From IMG/VR virus record IMGVR_UViG_3300018059_000546: a stretch of 64,000 nucleotides of DNA; one strand, given 5' to 3'. Below are positions 19,684-29,148 of the stretch, one piece after another. The first letter of the stretch is position 1, and each line of letters opens with the position of its first letter. Source of the stretch: a virus. The translations under genes were made by a program, and so were the position numbers. The notes under the pieces are model-generated. The model saw nothing but the letters and a program-made list of their open reading frames with translations. It was not told where the DNA came from and ran no database searches.

Positions 19684-20928
19684 TTAGAAATCGAGGCGAA
19701 TTCTAATTGTCAGATCTCTTTCGCTGCTCTTTTCTATGGGACGGGACATCTTCGCAACGGCAAGAAGGTTATCATTGGCATCGTATAACCCCAAAGTAGT
19801 AGGCATCGTGAACGAGGTCTGGCTATCTTCTTGTCCGTTCTCAATGACAACAATTTTGTTGCTACTGTCGATGTAGGTTGGATTGCTTGAATAGTTGAAT
19901 TCGTCTGCCGAAGCCCGGCAGAACACAAGCATAGAATTAATTGTCGTAACATTCTGGAAGGTCATTGCTGAAAGTGAACCAGAATGGAAACGCACACCGC
20001 AGAGATGATCCAGAATGTCATCTATTGACCCCGAAACAAGGAAGTCTGGGATGAACGTCGCCGTATTATTTTCTGATCTGGGACCACCGATGAGAGTCTG
20101 TCCGGCGTTGAAGTTTAATCCACCCGTCGACATACCGTCGATGACACCTGATACGAACTGGGTTCCTGATACGATCTTGGCAAGGTCGAATACGGCGATT
20201 CCTCTATCGTAGAACATTAATCCTACAGAGGTCGACGTGTTAGAAGAATCGACAATGCTGCCAACTTCTCCACCAGCGACGAAGTTACGATTGTTAGACG
20301 ACCCAACGTCAGTGTAGATAAACGTAGCAGAAGAAATTTCAATAGATCCTGTGAGAGGTCTACCAAGGTTCGGAACGAGAGTACCTCCACCTTGTGTACC
20401 AATCGATGGGGCTCGGTTGAAGAACTTCAGGGCGAATGTTTCCCGCTTGATCTTGTCACGAGCAAAGAGTCGACGGAAGCACACGAACATTGCTGCATCT
20501 ATCTTGTCAGTAGTCGTTGTAGAGTCGAACGGGGCAACGAACTGTGCCGTTGCATCTCCAAGCAGGACTTGAGAGAACTGCCTATAGACGTTCACTTTTT
20601 CTCTCATCATGAGAGAACTAGACGGAAATAGAAGTTTTCCAGCCGAATCAGTTCCGAGCTTAGAACTGTTGACGATCGAACCTGATTCGAATAACCCTAC
20701 TGTCACATCGAAGATGGGGTTAGCTGTTTGGAGGGTGAAGTCCTGGTCGTATACTGTCTGAAACAGGGACGATGTCACTCCTGGACCAACGCCACCCGTG
20801 ACAAAGTGTTGGTAAGCCTTTCTAGTAGACGATCCAGAAATGTCATTCTGAAGAACGTCGATTAATTGGTTCAAAAACGCCCGCGAGGAACGGATATCGT
20901 CAGAGCTTAGTTCTTTGTAAGTTGCCAC
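19684..20928 (-). CDS. Putative tail/baseplate structural protein
   Basis: C-terminus FNYSSNPTY...TTLGLYDANDNLLAVAKMSRPIEK, paralogous to the neighbouring gene. Confidence 0.65.
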   Translation of the reverse strand: MATYKELSSDDIRSSRAFLNQLIDVLQNDISGSSTRKAYQHFVTGGVGPGVTSSLFQTVYDQDFTLQTANPIFDVTVGLFESGSIVNSSKLGTDSAGKLLFPSSSLMMREKVNVYRQFSQVLLGDATAQFVAPFDSTTTTDKIDAAMFVCFRRLFARDKIKRETFALKFFNRAPSIGTQGGGTLVPNLGRPLTGSIEISSATFIYTDVGSSNNRNFVAGGEVGSIVDSSNTSTSVGLMFYDRGIAVFDLAKIVSGTQFVSGVIDGMSTGGLNFNAGQTLIGGPRSENNTATFIPDFLVSGSIDDILDHLCGVRFHSGSLSAMTFQNVTTINSMLVFCRASADEFNYSSNPTYIDSSNKIVVIENGQEDSQTSFTMPTTLGLYDANDNLLAVAKMSRPIEKSSERDLTIRIRLDF

Positions 20929-20981
20929 GTTTTTATGAGTCCTTTCCTAAATAGACACAAAACGATGAATTCGGTAAAAGT

Positions 20982-21314
20982 TCATTGGCTGATGACATCG
21001 TAATAATATTCTTTCACAGTCAGATCGACGTTTCCGAGAGAAGCTTGATTGTTATCGAAAAATGTGTCTTTTCGATAGTAAATCACCTTGGGAGTTCCGC
21101 CTACGAGGATCGTCTGACCCACATGGAAGTCTTTTTCGGTTGTCTTCAGAATCGTGATAACTTCATTTTGTTTGATGTCTAGCAACATCATCGAACCTTC
21201 TTGATCTCCCAAGAAACCATGAAGATTCCAATCATGTCGCTCATAGAACAAATGGAGCCGAACAGGATTTTTGAACTTGATGACAGACCCTACAGGGAGC
21301 TCAGACGTTTTCAT
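20982..21314 (-). CDS. Hypothetical protein
   Basis: Start at ATG 21314 gives an ATGA overlap with the upstream stop. Confidence 0.55.
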   Translation of the reverse strand: MKTSELPVGSVIKFKNPVRLHLFYERHDWNLHGFLGDQEGSMMLLDIKQNEVITILKTTEKDFHVGQTILVGGTPKVIYYRKDTFFDNNQASLGNVDLTVKEYYYDVISQ

Positions 21315-21730
21315 TTGATCCTGTAACCAGGATCTCCATTGAACTCTGTCAGACCTGGATTTGCATTCTTGATGCAATCGATGACAGATTCTCTAGTTTC
21401 TGAAACTTCGAGATGAATCCACTGCTTGTCAGTGATCCTGAACAATTTAGGACCGGCTTTAGATCCGATGAACATACCATTGAGAAGCATGTCCTTTCTC
21501 ATCTTTCTAATGATAGCATTAGGTTTGTCGAGGTTTTCGTCCAAACCATGCCAGTAGACACCATCCAGCTGGACGTAGACATCGAACGCAGGAACGTACA
21601 TGTCAATCCGTTGGTCGTGCAGTCTAACCTGGGCTTTGATGTCCGGAAAATGGGTCTTAAGAAAGTTCAACAATCGGGTTTCCGGCCCTGAAATGTACTT
21701 GTTCCTGGTCTGACGACGTTTTTTGGCCAT
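21311..21730 (-). CDS. DUF559/Vsr-like endonuclease
   Basis: SGPETRL...QVRL...IDMYV...VQLDGVYWHG...FRIT. Confidence 0.75.
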   Translation of the reverse strand: MAKKRRQTRNKYISGPETRLLNFLKTHFPDIKAQVRLHDQRIDMYVPAFDVYVQLDGVYWHGLDENLDKPNAIIRKMRKDMLLNGMFIGSKAGPKLFRITDKQWIHLEVSETRESVIDCIKNANPGLTEFNGDPGYRIK

Positions 21731-21745
21731 CAGATCTAAATAGGT

Positions 21746-21868
21746 TCACACGATGCGCTTACGATCGTGTCTCTTTTGCTGTGAATCTCTTATTTTTTGC
21801 AGAATCTTTTCAGAGTACTTTCGACCTGCGTGCTGTAGACTTTTAGCTTCTTCTGACCATCTACAACC
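21746..21868 (-). pseudogene. NUMOD3 homing-endonuclease remnant
   Basis: Translates without a start codon as GCRWSEEAKSLQHAGRKYSEKILQKIRDSQQKRHDRKRIV*. Confidence 0.55.
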
Positions 21869-22585
21869 TTACAACGTTTTATTTACGTTTACCTTGAACT
21901 CGCGCACGGCCCCAGACTGAACTCCGGTGACTTTCACGTAACTCGAGATGATGTTCTTATTGCTCGAGCTGCCGAAGACAGTGAACTGGGCATCTGTGAG
22001 GCTCTTGACAGAAATAGTAAACTGCAACCGAGAACCATTCTGACTGTTCTCTGCAGCAGAGCGAGCCAGAATGTAAGTAGACTTCTGGTTTCCGTCCACA
22101 TTATCGGGAGACTGACGAAGAATTTGTAAGAACATGTTGTTCATTTCAATGATGAATGTTTGATCTCTCAACTCCACGTCGATGGTGGTTTCGTTGGTTA
22201 TAGTCTGCTCCACAAGGACTGTGGAGGTCTTCGAAAGGTTTCGACCTAAGGTTACCGTGCTGGCTGAGGAGTCGACGTTGCTGTCGCCAGAGAGCGACAG
22301 AGATGGTAGACGAATGAGGTTGGGATTCGAAATGCTAATGCATTTGTACTTCAAAGCGTAGTTTTGATTGGTCAAAGCTTCGAGAATGGGAGTATTCTTC
22401 TCGATTTTTTCCTTACCGACAGTACGACCGTACTTCTGAATGATCGAGTAATCTACCTCATCGTCACCCATCGCAAACTTCACTATTGAAAACGATCCAT
22501 CATTACGAGCGATGAATTGTCTTCCAAGATCTGTTAAAACTGCATCTAAGATCAGATTAGACGTCGTCGAGTCCAGTAGCCCCAT
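21869..22585 (-). CDS. Putative virion structural protein
   Basis: N-terminus LDAVLTDLGRQFIA...IVKFAMGDDEVDY; paralog at 31574-32536. Confidence 0.65.
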   Translation of the reverse strand: MGLLDSTTSNLILDAVLTDLGRQFIARNDGSFSIVKFAMGDDEVDYSIIQKYGRTVGKEKIEKNTPILEALTNQNYALKYKCISISNPNLIRLPSLSLSGDSNVDSSASTVTLGRNLSKTSTVLVEQTITNETTIDVELRDQTFIIEMNNMFLQILRQSPDNVDGNQKSTYILARSAAENSQNGSRLQFTISVKSLTDAQFTVFGSSSNKNIISSYVKVTGVQSGAVREFKVNVNKTL

Positions 22586-22592
22586 GATATTA

Positions 22593-22799
22593 TTATCCTT
22601 TTTGTCCGAGCTTTTTTAAGGTCGAAATATTTTCTCGACTTCTTGCGAATGAAAACTTCCCAATAGAATCTTCGCTCTTGATTATACGAAGCGCTTTACG
22701 AGCACTCATACGTTCTGGTTTAAATAGCATGCATGCATCTTCTACTGAAAGTAGAAGTGCATGCAACCTCACCATTTTAAATGATTTAGAAACTTTCAT
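22593..22799 (-). CDS. Small basic hypothetical protein
   Basis: 68 aa from ATG 22799 (MKVSKSFK...), 1 nt after the preceding stop. Confidence 0.4.
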   Translation of the reverse strand: MKVSKSFKMVRLHALLLSVEDACMLFKPERMSARKALRIIKSEDSIGKFSFARSRENISTLKKLGQKG

Positions 22800-22800
22800 C

Positions 22801-22968
22801 TCACTGCTTGTTCGTAGCGAGCAAAAGCCATTCGAATCCGTGTACCAGCGACACAGAACCGCCCAGAGCAACAATTTGCCAAGCTCCCGTGTAGATTCCG
22901 TAGGACATGATGACAGCCCCAATACCAATTTCTACTCCAAACAACATCGGAAGAACCTTGCTTCTCAT
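22801..22968 (-). CDS. Small membrane protein, 55 aa (absent from the ORF track)
   Basis: MRSKVLPMLFGVEIGIGAVIMSYGIYTGAWQIVALGGSVSLVHGFEWLLLATNKQ; ATG abuts the upstream TAA; two hydrophobic segments. Confidence 0.55.
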   Translation of the reverse strand: MRSKVLPMLFGVEIGIGAVIMSYGIYTGAWQIVALGGSVSLVHGFEWLLLATNKQ

Positions 22969-23613
22969 TTAGTTCACCGTCCCAGAATTCTCTTCATCCC
23001 CAACCGTCTGAATGTTCCATTCAGAACACTCACATTCGAGCTGCCATTTGATGGGTTCAGCTCGAGTATAATCTAACACCATCAGAGGATAGATAGCAAT
23101 CGGACGAACTTTCATCTTCCAAACTTCTAGGATAGTTCCAACAGAATCGACGATCTTGACACTCAGGTCAGTCGACATTCCAGTCATCAGAGATGCAAGT
23201 CTAGCTACCATGGATCCGCCGACAACGTCGTAGAAAGACATACGGACAGATCCGAAAACTGTGACTTCCTTATCTAGCTCAGTATCCCGAGCCCGGATGG
23301 TGCTGGGAGGAGAGAGATCCGCAACTAAGAAGGGTTCGATATCTCCAAGGTTAGCAATCCAAAGGTTCGTCCGGCATGAATTCATCATTGGAGCACAGAG
23401 ATCTTTGATCTGACCCATATGGGTCGGTCGACCTTTTTCGGGTTGCTTGAATAACTTTACAATTTCATCGAAGTGAACCCGAGCGTCGGGTGGAAGCTTG
23501 TCCCGAAACGAGAGTTTTCGAATTCCCGTCCACACTAAAAATGAATTCCAAACTGACAGCAGACGTAACCATGCAAATCTCATAGAAATATAGTACTCAG
23601 CTTCCTCGTTCAA
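22969..23613 (-). CDS. Divergent tail-tube (gp19)-like protein
   Basis: VRMSFYDVVGGS...LSVKIVDSVGTILEVWKMK...LDY pattern resembles the T4 gp19 family. Confidence 0.5.
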   Translation of the reverse strand: MNEEAEYYISMRFAWLRLLSVWNSFLVWTGIRKLSFRDKLPPDARVHFDEIVKLFKQPEKGRPTHMGQIKDLCAPMMNSCRTNLWIANLGDIEPFLVADLSPPSTIRARDTELDKEVTVFGSVRMSFYDVVGGSMVARLASLMTGMSTDLSVKIVDSVGTILEVWKMKVRPIAIYPLMVLDYTRAEPIKWQLECECSEWNIQTVGDEENSGTVN

Positions 23614-25432
23614 GTTTAGCCGTGGAGTTGTCTATTTCTCTCAAATCATCGATCGCTATGTTTACATCTTGTTGTTTCTGCAAATCTAGATTGATGAACT
23701 GGAATCTGTATGATCCTCCAGATCGACTCGTGGTCATGAACTTTAGGTCATTTCCTTGAGAATCGTAGACCACGTAATGTTCTGGATCGAATGCGATCTT
23801 TAGAGTGTGGTATCCGGATGTAACGATCGAATCTAAGAACGTATCTGCTAGCAAGAACATGTTCGGATAAGCTTTTGGAGCTCCCGAAGCTGAGATTCTC
23901 TTCAAAACCATTCTGTTTTTGAACCGATCGAAGGTAACCTGATACTGTTCAGCGTAGCTTGATGTCAATCCATGTGCATCAATCGAACAGACTGTGTAGA
24001 TGAAGTTCGAATCCTTCGAAAAATCATCATCGACGTACGTAAGACGAGGATTAAGATTTTGTTTGATGAGATTTACGAAGTACTGTTCCAGCTGAATTGC
24101 TTTGACAACCGAATCGTCGAAATCGACTAAACTCATCAGTTGGAACGGCTCTGAGATGTCTCGTCTTCTGAAGACTTGGAACTTCTTGATATCTCTCTGC
24201 CTGTTAGGCGGAAAAGTCCACGTCAGGTTTAACTTAACTTCGTCGTAATCCCAGATGAACTTGATATCAGCGGGAGGAGGAGGCGGAACTAGCTCAGAGC
24301 ACGTGACGTTTAAGGACTTTGACGGTCTAGAGCTAATTAAGAACTTAGCGACTACCAATTCACCGGTATCTTCTACAATGGAAGGAATGGTAAAGAGAGC
24401 TACAGATCTGATAGAATACACGTACTGTCCGTAGTATCTGATTTTCACATCTATCGTGCTAGTCGATGTAGGATCTTCTATGACAATACTATCGATTTTG
24501 TCCAGAGTTCTATTCTCACGTACAACGTACTTGTCGATGATGTAGCCGACTATTTGGACCTCAGAAGACACAGTGTACGTCGACTTCAACTTGAATGCTT
24601 CGATGTGATTTCCGAAGGTTCTGTAATCGTCCGACACCAAATCTCTCTGCGTGCGTGAGCGGGCATTTTTTTGAATGTCGACCGATATGGCATACGTCTT
24701 CACAAACTGATCTGAGAATATAGAATACGGGGACGAAAGTTGGCCCTTCATAAGGGTCGCAACGAACTTGTTGTTGATCTGGATGTTCAGATTCACGTCC
24801 TTCAACCTGTTGACAACATCGTTTCTGATGCGTTGAGAATTCTTCTCAAAGAAGAAGACGTTATTTTCGCTAGGTTGCACGAGGTATTTAGACAAGAATT
24901 TGTGAGTCACATCATCTGATGTGATAGCATTCGTGGCAAGGGCGAGTTCCTGTTGAGTAGATTTTTCTACGTACTTCCGTTCGTTATTCAAAAACTCAGC
25001 AGTACCAGAAATGGCTGTGTAGAGTTTTCTATCTATCGATTGATCGTTGAGGTTGATGCTGGTGAATTCTTTCCCCGCAAAAGAACTCTCATCCATTACC
25101 TTGTCTAGATTGTCTCCGATTAACGTAGAAGCAACTTGAAAGCTGATCCTAGTCTTCAGAATTTGCGCTTCGTCGACCATACTTGTTTCAGCATTCATGA
25201 TCACAGGTGTCCAGGTCAATCGGGCGTACCGAGGGATCCTCAGAGCTACGCTTTCTACGAATTTAGAGTCGACAGTCTCGCCAGCTTTTTCTAGAAGTCT
25301 CCGAGGTACAGATCCGTCCTCGGTGATTCCTTCGTCTGGAACGAAGAAATTGTAGCGGAACTCTGCAGTTAAGTTCTTCACATCTGGAACATCGATGATG
25401 TAAGTTTCTTTAGATGGAAGAGAAACGCTCAT
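23597..25432 (-). CDS. Putative virion protein with FN3-like domains
   Basis: PPPPPADI...LNLTWTFP...IKKFQVFRR...YVD...FIYTVCSIDAHG. Confidence 0.6.
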   Translation of the reverse strand: MSVSLPSKETYIIDVPDVKNLTAEFRYNFFVPDEGITEDGSVPRRLLEKAGETVDSKFVESVALRIPRYARLTWTPVIMNAETSMVDEAQILKTRISFQVASTLIGDNLDKVMDESSFAGKEFTSINLNDQSIDRKLYTAISGTAEFLNNERKYVEKSTQQELALATNAITSDDVTHKFLSKYLVQPSENNVFFFEKNSQRIRNDVVNRLKDVNLNIQINNKFVATLMKGQLSSPYSIFSDQFVKTYAISVDIQKNARSRTQRDLVSDDYRTFGNHIEAFKLKSTYTVSSEVQIVGYIIDKYVVRENRTLDKIDSIVIEDPTSTSTIDVKIRYYGQYVYSIRSVALFTIPSIVEDTGELVVAKFLISSRPSKSLNVTCSELVPPPPPADIKFIWDYDEVKLNLTWTFPPNRQRDIKKFQVFRRRDISEPFQLMSLVDFDDSVVKAIQLEQYFVNLIKQNLNPRLTYVDDDFSKDSNFIYTVCSIDAHGLTSSYAEQYQVTFDRFKNRMVLKRISASGAPKAYPNMFLLADTFLDSIVTSGYHTLKIAFDPEHYVVYDSQGNDLKFMTTSRSGGSYRFQFINLDLQKQQDVNIAIDDLREIDNSTAKLERGS

Positions 25433-28400
25433 ACGAGATCTCCCATAACAGTTTCAAGAGTGACAAAGTACTTCTCGAAAACTGCGTCATTTTCCTTTGG
25501 GTTTTTGTCAAGAAGTTTAAGACGAGTCATCATGTTAGTTTGCGTTGATCGAACAATACTCTGTTCCAGAGGTTCGATCACTTTTCCTGCTGAAAAGAGA
25601 GACTCTAACATATCCTTGCCTGAGTCAGTCTTGATCGTTTCTTGATGATCAATATCAAAGTCATCAGGATCTACAAATAGATTGAAGATTCTGTCGAACA
25701 TCTTTGGTTTCATGAGCCGTTTAGCTTCTTGCAGTGTATCAGAATAGAGAGTTTTCATTTTTATCGCGTCTACGATAACCTTTTTCTGGTTTTCTTCGCT
25801 CTTAACAGGGGCTACTGCCAGCCCAATGAAAGCATCATTAGATGCTGTTGTAGCCCTATCACCTGTAGATGCGATAGCAAACTGTGCCAGGTTCTTAGTG
25901 TTCACAGAAACCGTAGTTCCAGGAGCTGGTGTAACAGGTGCAATCTTGGGAGCACTCTCATCGATCAATTTATTGACAATTATCTGCGACATGGTCCCGA
26001 TCTTTGAATCGCTTTCATCGATCAAAAAGTCAAGTTCGTTAACCGAAAATCCTGACAGAAGCTTCATGTACAGTTCAAGCATGTGACTTCGAATGTGGTT
26101 GGCCATCAATTCATCTTTTTGTTTGACAGTCAAGAAATTGTACTCCGAACTCTGGTACAAAGGAGAGATATTTCCAAACGTCATTCCAGATTGCTGATTT
26201 GAATCACTTATGATCGAATAATCTCTCATGGGAATAGAATCAGAAATTGCTTTCTCCGATGCACCGTTCTTCACAGGCAAGTACGAAGAATAGTCTTTCG
26301 ATACAAATCTGCTCAATTCGAACAGAAAAGTTTGGGGTTTGAAGACGATATTTTGGTATCGAATATCAACTTTGTAGACACTGACTTTGATGATATCTCC
26401 TTCTTTATCATTCAGAGTTTGTTGCGTGACGTTAGAAAGAGCGATCTTCTCCTTCAAATATCTTTGAAACCCTTGTGGAACTCCCACAGTCAAAATTCGA
26501 GAATTGAACCCTTTGTTGAGAGAGAATTGCTCATTGGAAAAGTACTCGTATAGAGTTTGTTTGACGTCTCCTGGAACTAGAAAATCATCAAAGAGAACAA
26601 GGTCATTCTGCGACGTTTTCATGTATGTTGCAGCAACGTCTAGTCTACTAATATCTTTTTTGTAGTTTTGTCTAGCCCTAGCGTTGTACTTGCTATTGAT
26701 GTCATCAATAGCATTCTTGACTAGATTTATCTGGGGCTCATTCATAAGAAGAGAAAGTTGATCATTCGATCCAACGACCTTCAAAATGTCGTTTAGCGAC
26801 TTGATGTTATCTGCTCTTTGTAAACTTGCGATTCCATTCCTCATAGCATTTTGCAACGAATCGAACATGTTCAAATGAGTCAGAATAATTTTTATCACTA
26901 AGTCATTTTCGAACTTCAATTTGTTTGATATGATCTCAAAGAACGATTTTCTAACAAGCGTGTACGATGTTAGGTTAGAAAAGTGGAATACGTCCGCTCC
27001 TCTTGTCGCAAGAGGAGCGGTAAAAGCTGCAATCGACGAGGCGAAGCTGACAGCTTTCTTTTCATTCAACCTTGAAAACGTTGAAAACATCATTTCGAAG
27101 ATTGCCATAATCAACGTGGACGTCGACATTCCAGAGTATCTCGTAACTCCATCATCGATGCATTTAGAAGAAACAAACGTATCGTAAATGACACCTAGTT
27201 GTGCTGAGAACTGGTTGGTGAATTCGCTCTTGTCTTTTAATTCTGTGATTATAGATGCTGCTACTTTTGTAGAGACACCATTTCCCCCACCAATCGACCG
27301 TAAAATTGTGGTCGATCCAGCAGATGTATTTGTCTTCAATCTTTTTGTGATTTCGTCTGTTATGAATTCGACAACAGCCCAGGCAGATTGTTGAAAAGCG
27401 TTATCTCCCTCAAGCCCATGACTTCTAACGTAGAAGTACAAGAAAAGAAGAGCCTTTAAGTAAGAATCTGTGGTCGCTTTGTCGAACAAAATTCCGAGAT
27501 TAGAATTTGCGAATACGGCTTTCAATTCTTTGGTCGAAGGATCAAGAAATGTGTTCATCACGGTTTCAAACAACGACTTCGAATTGCTAACTTTTTCTCC
27601 GTATGCAGTATCATTGTTGAACGAACTCTGAAGACGTGGGATCAAGTATTTATACAGCGTCGATTGAATCTTCGTTTGGCTATCTGCGATAATCCTGATT
27701 TCATTCGGATTCTTTAAATCGAGTCCGGTCGTAGAAATTTTCAGAGCTTCGTCTACGTAGAAAACTGATCCTGGCGAGAAAATGCTAGCATCATAATCGA
27801 TGTAATCAGTTTCGAATGTCAGGACTATAAAATCTCCCTTGCTCTGTTGGGCGACGCTCATGGCAGCGTTCGGACTCAATGAATAAACATTGTCTATGAT
27901 TCTATTTCCTGGTTGCCCGATGAACGAATCGAACATCCTTGTATTGCCGGCTTTGCTCGTTCGATATCCAAATGTTTGTTCCGAAAAGCGTACGAATGAA
28001 TCATCAGCAAAAGCGTACGAATAGCTGTATTCTTTCGAGATAATATGGTAGAGCAATGCAATGCGATCATCTGACGTAGCTGCTTTTATCGAGTTAATTT
28101 GATTGAAGGCTGCTGTAACCTTTGCGGCTAGTCCAGTGATCGTTGCAGACTTGGCTTGCGCTAGATCTGTTGGAGAAACATCAGTAATATTAGAAAGGTC
28201 CCTGTTGATATCGATGATCTTCGTCTTAGTCATCGACGTCGGATCTGTATCTTTTAATTTTTGAGAACCATCGAGACCAGTCATTTCATCAGAAGCGCAT
28301 ACTAATAACTTCTTCAATTCGTACAATGACTGAAGATACGTTTTTGTATTAGAGAAATTGTTGGCGTTTGCTTCTGTGAATCCACACTCTCCAAGAATCT

Positions 28401-29148
28401 TGAAGAATCCAGTACTAGCCTCAAAGCTTGCAATGATCTCTCCCACAAGACCGTCGGTGTATGATTTGAAGTAGTTGTAGACTAACCTGACATAATCGAC
28501 TTTCGTTCGATTGTTTCGAAGGTTAAGAAACTGTTTGAGGTTTTCTAGCGTGATTACTACACTTCGAAGGAAATTTACTTGTGATGTCACCTTGTCGAGA
28601 TGGGCTAAAAACTGATCTTCACCGTCTACTAATAGAGCTGATGCGTCCTTGTTTTCTTTCATGCTAGAGATCAACTTAACGAATGCTTCGTACTTTAGAT
28701 TGATCATCTGAATCTGAGCGTCTATCAACTCACCTTCGTTAGTCAAAGTTTTGAACTGTCCGCTCTCTCTTCCAACAACGTCTTCTCTTTTCTCGTCTGC
28801 GAACAATGGTTTGAAAGTCATTGTCATAACGATTTCTGGACGCGTCGTAGTCAGACCAGTCAGGTCTTCGTATGGTTTGAATTTTGGAAATGGGTGGGTT
28901 AGAGCAACAGGATCGTAGTTAGCAAGAAGCTTGTGTATGTAGCTTTGCTGGATTGAATGGTAATTCGATTCAAATTTACTAGATTTGTCTAGAGCAAAAA
29001 CGTCTATGTTCGACTTTAGATTCACACTAGTTTTGGTTGATTTTCCCTCAGCATCAAGAAATGAAACAGTTGGGGTTGCAGCGGCTACTACAGGTTGCGT
29101 GCTGATATTCCCGAAAGATACAGCGTTAGATTTGAAGATTATGCTCAT
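25429..29148 (-). CDS. Large hypothetical protein, probably virion
   Basis: 1239 aa ORF, translationally coupled within the structural block. Confidence 0.7.
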   Translation of the reverse strand: MSIIFKSNAVSFGNISTQPVVAAATPTVSFLDAEGKSTKTSVNLKSNIDVFALDKSSKFESNYHSIQQSYIHKLLANYDPVALTHPFPKFKPYEDLTGLTTTRPEIVMTMTFKPLFADEKREDVVGRESGQFKTLTNEGELIDAQIQMINLKYEAFVKLISSMKENKDASALLVDGEDQFLAHLDKVTSQVNFLRSVVITLENLKQFLNLRNNRTKVDYVRLVYNYFKSYTDGLVGEIIASFEASTGFFKILGECGFTEANANNFSNTKTYLQSLYELKKLLVCASDEMTGLDGSQKLKDTDPTSMTKTKIIDINRDLSNITDVSPTDLAQAKSATITGLAAKVTAAFNQINSIKAATSDDRIALLYHIISKEYSYSYAFADDSFVRFSEQTFGYRTSKAGNTRMFDSFIGQPGNRIIDNVYSLSPNAAMSVAQQSKGDFIVLTFETDYIDYDASIFSPGSVFYVDEALKISTTGLDLKNPNEIRIIADSQTKIQSTLYKYLIPRLQSSFNNDTAYGEKVSNSKSLFETVMNTFLDPSTKELKAVFANSNLGILFDKATTDSYLKALLFLYFYVRSHGLEGDNAFQQSAWAVVEFITDEITKRLKTNTSAGSTTILRSIGGGNGVSTKVAASIITELKDKSEFTNQFSAQLGVIYDTFVSSKCIDDGVTRYSGMSTSTLIMAIFEMMFSTFSRLNEKKAVSFASSIAAFTAPLATRGADVFHFSNLTSYTLVRKSFFEIISNKLKFENDLVIKIILTHLNMFDSLQNAMRNGIASLQRADNIKSLNDILKVVGSNDQLSLLMNEPQINLVKNAIDDINSKYNARARQNYKKDISRLDVAATYMKTSQNDLVLFDDFLVPGDVKQTLYEYFSNEQFSLNKGFNSRILTVGVPQGFQRYLKEKIALSNVTQQTLNDKEGDIIKVSVYKVDIRYQNIVFKPQTFLFELSRFVSKDYSSYLPVKNGASEKAISDSIPMRDYSIISDSNQQSGMTFGNISPLYQSSEYNFLTVKQKDELMANHIRSHMLELYMKLLSGFSVNELDFLIDESDSKIGTMSQIIVNKLIDESAPKIAPVTPAPGTTVSVNTKNLAQFAIASTGDRATTASNDAFIGLAVAPVKSEENQKKVIVDAIKMKTLYSDTLQEAKRLMKPKMFDRIFNLFVDPDDFDIDHQETIKTDSGKDMLESLFSAGKVIEPLEQSIVRSTQTNMMTRLKLLDKNPKENDAVFEKYFVTLETVMGDLV

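Noticed and set aside
22800-22928. 111-aa ORF 22593-22928 as a single gene
   Set aside because: Better explained by two tightly packed ORFs (22801-22968 and 22593-22799) with ATG starts
22801-22968. Holin call for the small two-TM ORF (also 39907-40281)
   Set aside because: Only hydrophobicity supports it, and no endolysin is adjacent
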